DNA of 64,000 nucleotides from Anaerolineaceae bacterium. GTDB lineage: Bacteria > Chloroflexota > Anaerolineae > Anaerolineales > Anaerolineaceae. Shown piece by piece: positions 37,856-48,229 of this stretch. A model generated the notes under the pieces. That model had not been told where the DNA came from. It did not search any database and was given only the letters and a program-made list of their open reading frames with translations. Positions within the stretch are counted from its first letter, which is position 1, and each line of letters begins with the position of its first letter. A program made the position numbers and the translations under genes. Location of the stretch: NCBI GenBank assembly GCA_035403825.1, contig DAONFX010000001.1, forward strand, positions 22,043 to 86,042, written 5' to 3'.

Positions 37856-39205
37856 ATGAAAAGTGACGAAATTCTTTCCAAATCCATCCGACATAACTTA
37901 TGGACCTGGACAGCGCAGCGTAAGGCGGAAATTCTGCCCGTAGAAAGGGCGGAGGGCGTCTACTTTTGGGACACGGGCGGCAAACGCTACCTGGACCTGA
38001 ATTCCATGGTGATGTGCGTCAATATCGGGCACGGCAACAGGCATGTGCAGGAAGCGATGATCAGGCAGATACGCGAGCTCACTTTCGCCGGGCCGCATAT
38101 GGCCACCAAAGCGCGGGCGCTGCTGGGTGAAAAGCTGGCTTCCCTCACACCGCCTGGCCTGACCCGCTTTCTCTACACCTTGGGCGGCTCGGATGCCAAT
38201 GAGAACGCGGTAAAAATAGCGCGGGATTACACCGGCAAGTTCAAAATCTTGACCCGCTACCGCTCGTACCACGGAGCCACCATGGGCGCGATGGCTTTGA
38301 CTGGAGACTACCGCCGCCTGCATTGGGAACCGGAAACGATGCCCGGCGTGGTGCACTTCCTGGATCCTTACGCGTACCGCTCGCCTTTCTTCCCGGATGG
38401 AGGCGTTGACGAGGAGAGCTTCAGCCGCGCTTATGTCGACCACCTTGAAGAAATTATCTGCTTTGAAGGTCCCGATACCATTGCCGCGGTGCTGATTGAG
38501 ACCGTAACGGGTACCAATGGCATTCTCGTTCCGCCCAGCGGCTACCTGCAGGGCGTGCGGGCTTTGTGCGACAAATACCGGATTTTGCTCATCACCGACG
38601 AGGTGATGTGCGGCTTTGGCCGCACCGGCAAGTGGTTTGCCAGCCAGCATTGGGACGTGGTACCCGACATCATCACGATGGCGAAAGGCCTGACCTCGGG
38701 TTACGCGCCGTTGGGCGCAGTGGCAATCAAAGAGGAAATCGCCGCGACCTATGACGACAGGCAGTTTGTGGGCGGAATGACCTACAACGGACATCCGGTT
38801 TCGCTGGCAGCAGCCCTTGCCAACATTGAGGTAATCGAACAGGAAGGGCTGCTGGAAAATGCCCTGCGGCGAGGAGAAACCTTAAAAGCGCTGCTCGCAG
38901 ATTTGAAACAAAAACATCCTTGCGTCGGCGACGTACGCTCTATCGGCTTGTTTGGCGCGGCGGAGCTGGTTCGGGACCGCGCCAGCAAGGAGCCGCTTAG
39001 CCCCACCGCCAAACCCCTCAGCCCGGTGATGAAGCACGTAAAGAGTTATATCCTCGAGCACGGCGTGTTCATGTACAATACCTTTCAAACGCTTTTGTTC
39101 ATACCGCCCTTGATTATCAGCGACGTACAGCTGCGCGAGGGCTTTGACATTGTAGACGCCGCGCTAAGCATCGCGGATCATGAAATTCAGGCAGGAATGG
39201 AGTAA
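37856..39205 (+). CDS. Class III (omega-type) aminotransferase
   Basis: ITDEVMCGFGRTGKWFA and TMAKGLTSGYAPLG (PLP lysine). Start at ATG 37856 (MKSDEIL). The upstream part of track ORF 37505 overlaps the divergent peptidase gene. Confidence 0.85.
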   Translation: MKSDEILSKSIRHNLWTWTAQRKAEILPVERAEGVYFWDTGGKRYLDLNSMVMCVNIGHGNRHVQEAMIRQIRELTFAGPHMATKARALLGEKLASLTPPGLTRFLYTLGGSDANENAVKIARDYTGKFKILTRYRSYHGATMGAMALTGDYRRLHWEPETMPGVVHFLDPYAYRSPFFPDGGVDEESFSRAYVDHLEEIICFEGPDTIAAVLIETVTGTNGILVPPSGYLQGVRALCDKYRILLITDEVMCGFGRTGKWFASQHWDVVPDIITMAKGLTSGYAPLGAVAIKEEIAATYDDRQFVGGMTYNGHPVSLAAALANIEVIEQEGLLENALRRGETLKALLADLKQKHPCVGDVRSIGLFGAAELVRDRASKEPLSPTAKPLSPVMKHVKSYILEHGVFMYNTFQTLLFIPPLIISDVQLREGFDIVDAALSIADHEIQAGME

Positions 39206-39216
39206 ACCTGATAAGA

Positions 39217-40152
39217 ATGGAAGCAAATACGCATCACCAACTCATAATCATCGGTGGAGGTCCGGCGGGTTTTACTGCCGCGCTGTATGGCGCCCGAGCG
39301 GATTTTCATCCACTTATTTTTACCGGAATGATGCTGTATGGGCAGGCTTCTCAGACCGACATTATTGAGAATTACCCCGGTTTTCCAGAGGGAATTCAAG
39401 GCGTGGAATTAGGCAAGTTCTTCGAACAGCAAGCCTTAAACTTTGGGGCAAAAGTCGAGTATGATCAGGTCCTCTCGCTCAATCTTCAGAGCCGTCCGTT
39501 CCAGATTCAGACCTACAGCAGCAGCTACACTGCGGATTCTGTGATTCTGGCCATGGGTGCCGAGCCGAAGAAACTGCTCGTCCCCGGTGAGGCTGAATTT
39601 ACCGGCAGAGGCGTATCTTACTGCGGCACCTGCGACGGCTTCTTTACCCGCAATAAGGAGATTCACGTGATTGGCGGCGGGGATACCGCGCTGGAGGAAG
39701 CGCTCTTTCTGACGCGCTTTGCCCGCAGCGTTACCGTGATTCACCGCAGGGACGCGCTCCGGGCTGGAGCCATCCTGGAAAATCGCGCGCGTTCCAACCC
39801 AAAAATTCACTTTCTGTGGAATACTATTGTGGACGAAATCCGCGGTGATGAAAAAGTGCACAGCCTGTTGGTGCGCGACGTGATAACCGGCCAAAAACGT
39901 GAAATCCCATCGGAAGCTGTCTTTATTTTTATCGGGAACAAGCCGAACACAGACCTGATTGATGGGCAAGTCAACCTGGATGAACATGGCTATGTGAAAA
40001 TCGACGACAAAATGACGACTAACATCCCAGGCGTTTTCGCTGCTGGTGAAATCGCGGATCCCCATTACCGGCAGGTGATTACTTCTGCCGGTATGGGCGC
40101 TGCTGCTGCCATTTCGGCAACGCGTTATTTGGAAAATCTCGAATGTCAGTGA
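39217..40152 (+). CDS. trxB: Thioredoxin-disulfide reductase
   Basis: IIGGGPAG, redox CGTCDG, GGGDTALEEA. Confidence 0.9.
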   Translation: MEANTHHQLIIIGGGPAGFTAALYGARADFHPLIFTGMMLYGQASQTDIIENYPGFPEGIQGVELGKFFEQQALNFGAKVEYDQVLSLNLQSRPFQIQTYSSSYTADSVILAMGAEPKKLLVPGEAEFTGRGVSYCGTCDGFFTRNKEIHVIGGGDTALEEALFLTRFARSVTVIHRRDALRAGAILENRARSNPKIHFLWNTIVDEIRGDEKVHSLLVRDVITGQKREIPSEAVFIFIGNKPNTDLIDGQVNLDEHGYVKIDDKMTTNIPGVFAAGEIADPHYRQVITSAGMGAAAAISATRYLENLECQ

Positions 40153-40156
40153 TCCG

Positions 40157-41308
40157 TCAAGGGGTGGGCGTAACACTCACTCCGGTACCAATCCAGGAGA
40201 ATACGCGCTTCTCGCTGAGGAAGCCCGCTTCCTCGTAAATCGGATTGGTCGTACCGCTGTTAATCTGCCGCGCGACGGCCACGGACCACTGAATGATGTG
40301 GGGGGTGCTATCCAATGGCCTGAAGCTGGTGGGCAGAATGAAACGCGTATCCCGCACGTACTCCACGAGGATGCGTCCGTTGCCAGCCGTCAGGTCTTCC
40401 ACCGTTACGCGATACAGCTCGTTTTCACGCAGGTCGGCCACGGCAGCCCACTGCAAAGTGATAGCGTCCTGCGATGCGCTGAAGGCGGCGCCTGAGCTGG
40501 GGAGCAGCAGGTTTGGCGCAGGATATGGGGGAGCAGGCGTTGGGGTGGGGGTGGGTCCGGCGGTGGGTTTGCGCTCGCACAGCGGGATTATCAGATCCAA
40601 GCCTTCATAGACCACGTCGTTGGTCATACGGTTGTATTCGCGGATGGAAGCCATCGTTACGTTGTAATTCAAGGCGATGCTGCTCAACGTCCAACCGGAT
40701 TCCACCTTGATGGTGATCGTCTGGCAGTCGGATTCGGTAGATTCGATACCGGATGAGGTGGCGGTCGGTTGGGGTGAGGGCGTGAGCGTCGGCTGCGGGA
40801 TACGGAGCACATCACCCTCTTTGATAGTGCAGTTCGCGTCCAGGTTGTTCTCGCGGATGATGCTTTGGATGGATACGCCAAAAACTGCCGCAATGGAGGA
40901 GCAGTAATCCGTGCTGCGGACAGTGTATTCCATGGGCGGCAGCGGTGTCCACGTCGGGAGCGGGGTGGGCGTCAGCGTCTGAGTGGGGGTAATCGTCTGG
41001 GTGGGCGTCAGGGTCGGGGTTGCTTCGACGACTTCCCCCGGAGTAAGCGGCGCGGCCGGGCTGCCTTTGACGATGAAGAAGACCAGCAGACCTGCCAACG
41101 CCAGGAAGACGAACCCGAGCGCAATGGCGACGGGCAGGTTCAGGCGGACCTCAGGCAGCTTTCGGGATGGAATTCCCGAGCCTTTTTTCACTGCAGCAGT
41201 GGTGGAAAGCTGGGTTCCGCAAACCAGGCAGCGGGAGGCGGTCTCACTCAAGCGGGTTCCACAAACCGGGCAAATTTTCGTGTTTTGGGTAGTTTTTTCT
41301 TGACTCAT
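40157..41308 (-). CDS. Zinc-ribbon, single-pass membrane protein with Pro/Thr linkers and two LysM domains
   Basis: CPVCGTRLSETASRCLVCG, one TM helix, PTLTPTQT repeats, and LysM-like YTVRSTDYCSSIAAVF and IKVESGWTLSSIALNY. Confidence 0.75.
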   Translation of the reverse strand: MSQEKTTQNTKICPVCGTRLSETASRCLVCGTQLSTTAAVKKGSGIPSRKLPEVRLNLPVAIALGFVFLALAGLLVFFIVKGSPAAPLTPGEVVEATPTLTPTQTITPTQTLTPTPLPTWTPLPPMEYTVRSTDYCSSIAAVFGVSIQSIIRENNLDANCTIKEGDVLRIPQPTLTPSPQPTATSSGIESTESDCQTITIKVESGWTLSSIALNYNVTMASIREYNRMTNDVVYEGLDLIIPLCERKPTAGPTPTPTPAPPYPAPNLLLPSSGAAFSASQDAITLQWAAVADLRENELYRVTVEDLTAGNGRILVEYVRDTRFILPTSFRPLDSTPHIIQWSVAVARQINSGTTNPIYEEAGFLSEKRVFSWIGTGVSVTPTP

Positions 41309-41611
41309 AGTTGTTTCCAGAAAGGTTAGTATACACAGCCCTCAAAAAACCCGCAAGTCAGGCGTGGAAGGGCTCTCGGGAATCATTCAGTGATGTTGGC
41401 AGCGCTTGCATTGGCAGCGGCATCGCTTTTGTTCTTGAAAGTCTCCCTGTGCGCTGGAAGGGCAATGGCTTCCCAGGCTCGCACCGGGGAGTTTTTTCGC
41501 GATAAGGAAGTAAGGGAGCTTTGTGTGCGAGCAATCCAACTCATAGTCATTGAACTATACAGCCCTCGAAAAAACCGCAATTCACGAGGGTTGGGCTGAT
41601 AAAATAGTTGC

Positions 41612-42790
41612 ATGTTTAGTCTCTATATCCACGTGCCGTTTTGCGTACGCAGATGTCTATACTGTGATTTTATCACGTACGCCGGGCAGCTCGAATTCCT
41701 GCCCGCTTATGCCAACGCGGCTGCCAACGAAATCCAGCAGCTCGGTTTGGCTGCCGGCAGCGAGCGGCAGGCAGCGGATACTGTGTACTTTGGCGGCGGC
41801 ACGCCTTCCCTGCTGGAATCCCGGCTGGCAGGCGGGCTGCTGGAGGAAACCGCGCGCGCGTTTGGCCTCGCCCCTTCCGCTGAAATCAGTCTGGAAGCCA
41901 ACCCCGGCACTTTAGACCCCAAAAAATTGAGAGAACTGCGCGCCGCGGGCATTAACCGCCTGAGCCTCGGCGTCCAGTCTTTTTCGGATTCCGAGCTGGC
42001 GCTGCTGGGCAGAATCCATTCGCGCGAGCAAGCGGAAGAAAGCATCCGCTGGGCGCGCGAAGCCGGTTTCGAGCAGCTCAATCTGGATCTCATCTCAGGT
42101 CTCCCGCGGCAGACGCTGGAGGAGTGGCAGGAAAACCTGAAAACCGCAGTTACATATAAGCCGGAACATCTCTCCGTTTACAGCCTGATCGTAGAGGAGG
42201 GCACCCCGCTGGAAAAACAAATCGCGAGCGGAAGGCTGCCCGAACCTGACGAGGACCTTGCCGCCGATATGTACGAATTGACGCAGGAGTTTCTTGCGCA
42301 AGCAGGGTACACTCAATACGAGATTTCGAACTGGGCTTTGGCAGAGGGTTGTGAATCGCGCCACAACAAAGCCTACTGGAAGACGACGCCGTATCTGGGA
42401 ATTGGCGCCGCCGCTCACAGCTTTGCCGGCGGCTTCCGCACAGAAAATGTGCCCGGTATTCAGGATTACATCACGCGCATACAGCAGGGGGAGGCAAACC
42501 TGGAGTTTCCCTTCTCACCAGCCAACCTAAACCGTTCGAAAATACAGCCGTACACGCAGATGCAGGAAAGCATGCTGCTCGGCTTGCGTCTGACGCGCGA
42601 AGGGGTTGCGCTGTCGGCATTTCAGCGCAGGTTTGGACAGGATGCACGCGAGCTTTTTTCCGCAGAAATTATGCGCTTGCAGGAAAAGCGCTTGGTGGAA
42701 TTTGTCCAATTCCCGGACGGCCCGCACTTGCGCCTGACGCGCCGCGGGGTGCTGGTCGGGAACCAGGCTTTTATGGAGTTCGTCGACTAA
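41612..42790 (+). CDS. hemW: Radical SAM heme chaperone HemW (oxygen-independent coproporphyrinogen oxidase-like)
   Basis: YIHVPFCVRRCLYCDF (CX3CX2C), GGGTPS, HemN C-terminal domain. Confidence 0.9.
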   Translation: MFSLYIHVPFCVRRCLYCDFITYAGQLEFLPAYANAAANEIQQLGLAAGSERQAADTVYFGGGTPSLLESRLAGGLLEETARAFGLAPSAEISLEANPGTLDPKKLRELRAAGINRLSLGVQSFSDSELALLGRIHSREQAEESIRWAREAGFEQLNLDLISGLPRQTLEEWQENLKTAVTYKPEHLSVYSLIVEEGTPLEKQIASGRLPEPDEDLAADMYELTQEFLAQAGYTQYEISNWALAEGCESRHNKAYWKTTPYLGIGAAAHSFAGGFRTENVPGIQDYITRIQQGEANLEFPFSPANLNRSKIQPYTQMQESMLLGLRLTREGVALSAFQRRFGQDARELFSAEIMRLQEKRLVEFVQFPDGPHLRLTRRGVLVGNQAFMEFVD

Positions 42791-43800
42791 TCTTTGGTAA
42801 GCGTGATGGGCGTACCGAAGCCGTGCTTTTGCCAGTCTTCCGGGGCGGCTACGGGCGTGGTCCACAAGTAAATCCATTTCGCGTCTGCCATGGACATGTT
42901 GATGCAGCCGGCGCTCATCGGCGTGCCAAAATTCGTGTGCCAGTAAGTCCCGTGCGTGGCAATGCCTTCTGTCATTTCAAAGAAGCAGTTCCACGGCACC
43001 CCTACCAGTTCGTACGCGCGGATATCGCTGGTGACATATCCATTCCCCATGTGTTTGGACGGCATCTTGGTTTGGATATTGTAGGTGCCGATGGGGGTCA
43101 GGCCACCGGAAGAAATTTTGGTCTCGAACACCAGGTTGTCGTATTCGTACGCCTTCAGCCGCTGGAACATAATCGAAATCTCGATGCGCTTTTTCCCGAG
43201 CGGCACCTCCGGAGAGATGGGCTGCAGCTCTTCATCCGGCACAAAACGCAGGTGCTCGGACGGCACCGCCAGCATGACGCTGTTCTTTTCGTCCTTGATT
43301 TTATACCAGGGTTTTTCGTCCGGTCCCGTGACAATGTCCATGACCCAATGCGTGGTGCCGTAGTACAGGCGGTATTCCGGAATCCAACCCTCAAGCCGGC
43401 TGTAGAACATCGCGCGCGTATAAGGCACTGTGATTTCAGCAAGCTGCCCGGTCGGACGGATATCCGTGTTCAGGCTGTTGAGTTTATAGTGCACCTCGTA
43501 TACATCCCCGCTAAAGATGTAACCGCCCCAAACCCGGTACCAGATCGGGTTCCAGAAGGGTCCGGCCGGGCTTTCAACCTCGTCGTAGACGTTCACAATC
43601 TCGTTGTAGCCGATCTGGTAAATAATCAGGCTGTCTTCATCCGGCAGTTTGTGCACACTGACGCCGTTTTGGTTGCCAACCAGCACCTGGCGCGGGGCTT
43701 TCTCGGCGGCAAAGACTTTGCGGGCAGGCAGAGCCGCCGCCGCGCCGAGCCCAATCAGGCCAAGTTTCAGGAATTCTCTGCGGGTAAGCTTAGGTTCCAT
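42787..43800 (-). CDS. L,D-transpeptidase (YkuD domain) with Tat signal
   Basis: TRREFLKLG twin-arginine signal. HGTYWHTNFGTPMSAGCINM catalytic motif. Confidence 0.85.
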   Translation of the reverse strand: MEPKLTRREFLKLGLIGLGAAAALPARKVFAAEKAPRQVLVGNQNGVSVHKLPDEDSLIIYQIGYNEIVNVYDEVESPAGPFWNPIWYRVWGGYIFSGDVYEVHYKLNSLNTDIRPTGQLAEITVPYTRAMFYSRLEGWIPEYRLYYGTTHWVMDIVTGPDEKPWYKIKDEKNSVMLAVPSEHLRFVPDEELQPISPEVPLGKKRIEISIMFQRLKAYEYDNLVFETKISSGGLTPIGTYNIQTKMPSKHMGNGYVTSDIRAYELVGVPWNCFFEMTEGIATHGTYWHTNFGTPMSAGCINMSMADAKWIYLWTTPVAAPEDWQKHGFGTPITLTKD

Positions 43801-43815
43801 CTCACAGGGTGCAGC

Positions 43816-44592
43816 TTAGTCAAGGTCCTTCGGATTAATATCCGCGACCGAATTGAATACCCATTTTGGTCGGTAGGAGAATTTCTCCATACTGGCGCGG
43901 TCGGTGGTTCCGCTGAGCACGAGCACGGTATCCATCCCGCTCGATATGCCGCTCAGGACGTCTGTGTCCATCCGGTCGCCGACCATAATCGAGTTTTCGG
44001 AGTGCACGTCCAGGTAGTTCAGTGCGGAGCGCATCATCAGCGGGTTGGGTTTGCCGACGTAAAAGGGCGCGATGCCCGTGGCGCGCTCAATCAGCGCGGC
44101 CATGGCGCCGCAGGCAGGTACCAGACCTTGCTCGGAGTTCCCGACCGGGTCGGGGTTGGTAGCGATGAAACGGGCGCCGGCGGTAATCAGGCGCACGGCA
44201 ATCGTGATTTGTTCGATGCTGTATGCGAAGGTTTCGCCCAGGACGACATAATCGGGATTAACGGTGGTTTGGGTATAGCCAATCGCATGGACAGCTTCGC
44301 TAAGACCAAGCTCACCAATCACATACGCAGTGCCCTTGGGGCGTTGGTTGTTTAGAAACGCCGCCGTGGCGAGGGCGGAGGTATACAGGCGCTCCTCCGG
44401 GATATTTAATCCGGTAACTTGCAGCCTGTGCGCCAGGTCGCGGGTGGTGTAAAGCGGATTGTTCGTCAGGATGAGAAACTTACGTTTTTCTTCGATAAGT
44501 CTGTTGATGAAGCCGTCTGCGCCGGGGATCATGTTCGCGCCGTGCACAAGCACGCCGTCCATGTCAATCAAGTAATTCTTTTTTTCTTTCAT
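43816..44592 (-). CDS. HAD-IIA hydrolase (NagD-like sugar phosphatase)
   Basis: [23 protein letters not shown]. Confidence 0.85.
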   Translation of the reverse strand: MKEKKNYLIDMDGVLVHGANMIPGADGFINRLIEEKRKFLILTNNPLYTTRDLAHRLQVTGLNIPEERLYTSALATAAFLNNQRPKGTAYVIGELGLSEAVHAIGYTQTTVNPDYVVLGETFAYSIEQITIAVRLITAGARFIATNPDPVGNSEQGLVPACGAMAALIERATGIAPFYVGKPNPLMMRSALNYLDVHSENSIMVGDRMDTDVLSGISSGMDTVLVLSGTTDRASMEKFSYRPKWVFNSVADINPKDLD

Positions 44593-44616
44593 TTAACACC
44601 TCAAAAAATGCCGGCT

Positions 44617-44657
44617 TGAAAAGAACAAGCCGCTGTTGATTGTACCAGCAGCGGCTT
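44617..44657 (-). terminator. Terminator-like hairpin after the acetyl-CoA synthetase gene
   Basis: Minus strand reads AAGCCGCTG-N13-CAGCGGCTT followed by GTTCTTTTC. Confidence 0.5.
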
Positions 44658-44682
44658 GCTTATGCTAAAGCTGTAGAACAAA

Positions 44683-46791
44683 CTATTTCGTGGTCAGGAT
44701 GATGCGCGCATCCACAACCTTTACGCCCTGCCCGTTTTCGTAGACGATGACGGGGTTGGCATCCGATTCTTTGATTTCATCCTTCAGGTCATAGACCATA
44801 TAGGCGTAGGCTGCCAGAACCCTGGCAAGAGCATCCTTGTCACGGGCGCTTTCACCGCGGGTTCCGTTCAGGATTGCGGCGCTGCGGATTTCATCTTCCA
44901 TGCCCAAAGCTTCTTCCAGGGAAATAGGGGCCACGCGGAAGGTTACGTCCTTGAGCACTTCGACGAAGATGCCGCCCAGACCGAACATGACTGTCGGACC
45001 AAAGGTGTTGTCATTGACCGAGCCGATAATGACCTCGGTTGCCCAGGGAGCCATTTCCTGCACGGCGATGCCGTCGATAAACGCGTCGGCTTTGTAGTTA
45101 TGGGCGTTCTCGAGAATGGTCCGGTAAGCTTCTTTTGCCTGCTCGGCGTTCTTGATGTTTACTTTTACACCGCCCGCATCGGACTTGTGCAGAATGTCTG
45201 GGGAGACAATTTTCATCACAACCGGATACCCGACTTTTTCCGCCAATTTGACCGCTTCTTCTTCGGAGCTGGCGAGTTCGGTAGTGGTAACGGGCAGTCC
45301 ATAGAGCCTGAAAACTTGTTTAGCTTCCACTTCGGTCAGCGCGTCGCGGCCTTTGGCGCGGGCGCCGGCGATAATTTCGCGCGCGAAAGCGGAGTTGATG
45401 TCCCCGGGTTCGTAGCCGCCGTTGTGGTTCATTTCCTGCATGCGCTGGTCGTCGCGCAGGGTGGCGATAGCTTTGACTGCCACATCCGGTGCGTTGTAGG
45501 CGGGGATGCCGCGTTCCACCAGCCATTCCATGGCTTTGTCGCTGCGTTCGCCGCCAACAAAGGAAACCGTGACGGGTTTGTCCGTGACGCCGGAGTCTTT
45601 GATGCCGCGGTAGATTGCATCCGCGATTTCTTCCGGGAGTGTGATGGCGGTTTCGCAATACAGGACCACCAGGCCGTCCACCCAGGGATGGGAGTAGGCG
45701 CTGCGGGTGGTCTCGTAGAACCAGTCATTGCCAGCCATACCGGTCATGTCCACCGGGTTTTTGGCGGAGCCATAATCGGGCATGTGCTTCTTCATTTCTT
45801 CCTGCACGTCCGCAGGGGCGAAATGCAGCGGGAGGCCGTACTTTTCAGCGGAATCCGTGGCGAGCACGCCTACGCCGCCGCCGTTGGTCAGGATGAGCAG
45901 GTTATCGCCCTTCATGCGCGGCTGCAGGGAGAGTACCAGGGTGCGGTCGAAGAGGTCGTTCAGGTCTGTAGCCTGGGTCACGCCAGCCTGCTTGAAGGCG
46001 GTACCGTAAATCTTCGCCGCGCCGGCCAGGGAGCCGGTGTGGGAGGCGGCAGCTGCCGCGCCGTGCGCGGAAACGCCGGACTTGAGCACGACAATTGGCT
46101 TCTTGCAATTGCGGGCGGCTTCGATGAACTTGGGGCCGTCGCGCAATCCTTCAACGTAGAGCGCGATACAGTTGGTATCGGGGTCTTCGCTGAGGTAGCT
46201 GACCATCTCGGAGAAATTGACATCCGACATGTTGCCGATGGACACCATCTTGTCAAAGCCGACACGGCGGGTGTAGGTACCTGCGTCCATGGCAATGAGC
46301 AAAGCGCCGCTTTGGGAAACAAGCGAAGCTTTGCCTGGCAAGGGCAGGAAGGGCGCGAAGGAGGCGTTCATCTTATCGCTGTTGGAAAGCGTGCCGACGA
46401 TGTTCGGACCGAGGATGCGCATGCCGTAAGATTTGGCGACCCGCACCAGTTCATGTTCCAGTTCAATCTCGCCAACTTCAGCAAAACCGGAAGTAATAAT
46501 GATTAAGCCCTTGACGCCTTTTTCGCCGCATAGTTTGGTAGCGTCCAAAACGGATTTAGCAGGCACGGTGATAACCGCGGCATCCACGACATAGGGGATG
46601 TCCGTCACAGAAGGGTAGCATTTGAAACCGAGGATTTCAACTGCCGACGGGTTGACAGGATAAATGCCGCCCTTGTATTCACTTTCAATCAGGTTGCGGA
46701 TGACGGTATTGCCAATTTTGCCTGGCGTGGCTGACGCTCCGATAACGGCGATGCTTTTAGGCTTAAGAAGTCCGGTTAAGATGGGGTCCAC
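44683..46791 (-). CDS. Acetyl-CoA synthetase (ADP-forming), fused alpha/beta subunits (NDP-forming acyl-CoA synthetase family)
   Basis: KSIAVIGAS CoA-binding N-terminus, succinyl-CoA-synthetase-like flavodoxin domain, C-terminal ATP-grasp. Start set at GTG 46791, 5 nt after GGAGG. Confidence 0.8.
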   Translation of the reverse strand: MDPILTGLLKPKSIAVIGASATPGKIGNTVIRNLIESEYKGGIYPVNPSAVEILGFKCYPSVTDIPYVVDAAVITVPAKSVLDATKLCGEKGVKGLIIITSGFAEVGEIELEHELVRVAKSYGMRILGPNIVGTLSNSDKMNASFAPFLPLPGKASLVSQSGALLIAMDAGTYTRRVGFDKMVSIGNMSDVNFSEMVSYLSEDPDTNCIALYVEGLRDGPKFIEAARNCKKPIVVLKSGVSAHGAAAAASHTGSLAGAAKIYGTAFKQAGVTQATDLNDLFDRTLVLSLQPRMKGDNLLILTNGGGVGVLATDSAEKYGLPLHFAPADVQEEMKKHMPDYGSAKNPVDMTGMAGNDWFYETTRSAYSHPWVDGLVVLYCETAITLPEEIADAIYRGIKDSGVTDKPVTVSFVGGERSDKAMEWLVERGIPAYNAPDVAVKAIATLRDDQRMQEMNHNGGYEPGDINSAFAREIIAGARAKGRDALTEVEAKQVFRLYGLPVTTTELASSEEEAVKLAEKVGYPVVMKIVSPDILHKSDAGGVKVNIKNAEQAKEAYRTILENAHNYKADAFIDGIAVQEMAPWATEVIIGSVNDNTFGPTVMFGLGGIFVEVLKDVTFRVAPISLEEALGMEDEIRSAAILNGTRGESARDKDALARVLAAYAYMVYDLKDEIKESDANPVIVYENGQGVKVVDARIILTTK

Positions 46792-47197
46792 AATTTCCTC
46801 CGATGAATAAATTTTTATCAACCGGAAAGTATACCGCAATAATGCAAAAAAACCGTGGTGAATCCTGAAAGAGAAAAGTCACTGCCTTTCGGAATATTGG
46901 CCAGGAAATTACGGCGGACTGCGCGTAGCATATAAAAGGCCTGCATAATGCGCGCGCGAAACATCCCGCCGCGAACAGAGCAGGTTGGTTTGGTTAGCTG
47001 CTTAATCGGGGAATATTTCGGGCTGTCAGGCGCTGCCGCGTTGCAAAAAGCCCCTCCAAAGGGCTGGAAAATCTCATGATTTATTCCGGAATAGAAAAGA
47101 TAATCCCCTTTAATTTATCTAAAGTGCGTATAGATATAAGTAAAATGGATGCATAGAATTCCGCCGACAGGATATAATGAGCGCGAAGGAGAAAGCA

Positions 47198-48094
47198 ATG
47201 GGCAATTTACAGCTAGGGTATATTGGATTGGGTCTGATGGGAAAGCCGATGGCGCAAAACCTGCTGAAAGCCGGCTTTCCGCTGGTCGTGCACAACCGCT
47301 CCCGTCAGAAGGTGGAAGACCTGGTGCGCCTGGGCGCCAGCGCGGCGGAAAGTCCGCGGGAAGTAGCTGAGCGCTCCGACGTGGTGTTTACCAATTTACC
47401 CGATACTCCCGACGTCCTTAAGGTGGTCCTGGGTGAAAACGGCGTCCTTGCTGGTTCACATCCCGGCATGATCTACGTGGACAACTCAACCATCAAGCCG
47501 GCAGCCAGCCGTGAAATTTACGCGCGCCTGGCGGAAGTGGACGTTCAGAGCCTGGACGCGCCGGTTAGCGGCGGCGATATCGGCGCGCAGCAGGGTACGC
47601 TGTCCATTATGGTCGGCGGAGACGCGGACGCGCTTGCGAAGGTGATGCCTGCTTTCCAGGCGATTGGGAAAACCATCACCCATATCGGCGGCCCGGGAGC
47701 CGGGCAGGTAGCCAAAGCCTGCAACCAGATTATGGTGGCGGCACAGATGCTGGCGATGGGCGAGCTGATGATTTTCGCGCAGAAAGCCGGCGCGGATCCT
47801 GAAAAGGTGATTGGCGCTGTGCGAGGCGGCGCAGCCCAGTGCTGGACGCTGGACGTCAAGCCGCAGCGCTTGCTGGCGGGCAACCGCGCGCCCGGGTTTC
47901 GGTCCAGCCTGCAAAGTAAAGACCTGAACATTGTCATCGAAACCGCGCGGGAATACGGTATCTCGCTGCCTGGCACAGGGCTTACGGCTCAGCTCTACGC
48001 CGCGCTGTGCGCCAACGGCGGCGGAGACCTGGATAACTCCGGGATTATTGCTGTAATCGAAGCGTTGAACAACACCGAGCTTCAGCACAACTGA
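47198..48094 (+). CDS. NAD(P)-dependent 3-hydroxyisobutyrate / 2-hydroxy-3-oxopropionate dehydrogenase family oxidoreductase
   Basis: LGYIGLGLMGKPMAQNL Rossmann motif. Start at ATG 47198 after AAGGAG. Confidence 0.85.
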   Translation: MGNLQLGYIGLGLMGKPMAQNLLKAGFPLVVHNRSRQKVEDLVRLGASAAESPREVAERSDVVFTNLPDTPDVLKVVLGENGVLAGSHPGMIYVDNSTIKPAASREIYARLAEVDVQSLDAPVSGGDIGAQQGTLSIMVGGDADALAKVMPAFQAIGKTITHIGGPGAGQVAKACNQIMVAAQMLAMGELMIFAQKAGADPEKVIGAVRGGAAQCWTLDVKPQRLLAGNRAPGFRSSLQSKDLNIVIETAREYGISLPGTGLTAQLYAALCANGGGDLDNSGIIAVIEALNNTELQHN

Positions 48095-48229
48095 CCGCCC
48101 GCTACTGCTGCTGGGGAAGACCATTGGAACGCGTTCAGCCGTGCGTACTTTGTGGAGACAATCACACGGTTCAGACTGGTATTCTTCAGGCAGTCAGCAG
48201 CGTAAACCATCATTCAACTGTCAAGACTA

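Noticed and set aside
41390-41599. 69-aa ORF with a hydrophobic N-terminus (MMLAALALAAASLLFLKVSLCAG...) in the LysM/hemW gap.
   Set aside because: It has no convincing RBS, its C-terminal half is read through the repeat/hairpin sequence, and I recognised no family. I kept the region as a non-coding curiosity instead, but a small membrane peptide cannot be excluded.
42823-44355. Very long ORFs antisense to annotated genes. Examples: 42823-44355 (+, 510 aa), 45100-46506 (+, 468 aa), 59678-60892 (-, 404 aa), 23491-24615 (-, 374 aa), 16595-17569 (+), 37898-38794 (-), 62810-63676 (-).
   Set aside because: Each lies opposite a gene with clear family motifs (L,D-transpeptidase/HAD, ACS, gmd, OFOR, gcvPA, aminotransferase, valS). 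Their translations are Arg/Gly/Ala/His-rich and low in complexity, with no motifs. This is the usual shadow-ORF pattern in GC-rich DNA.
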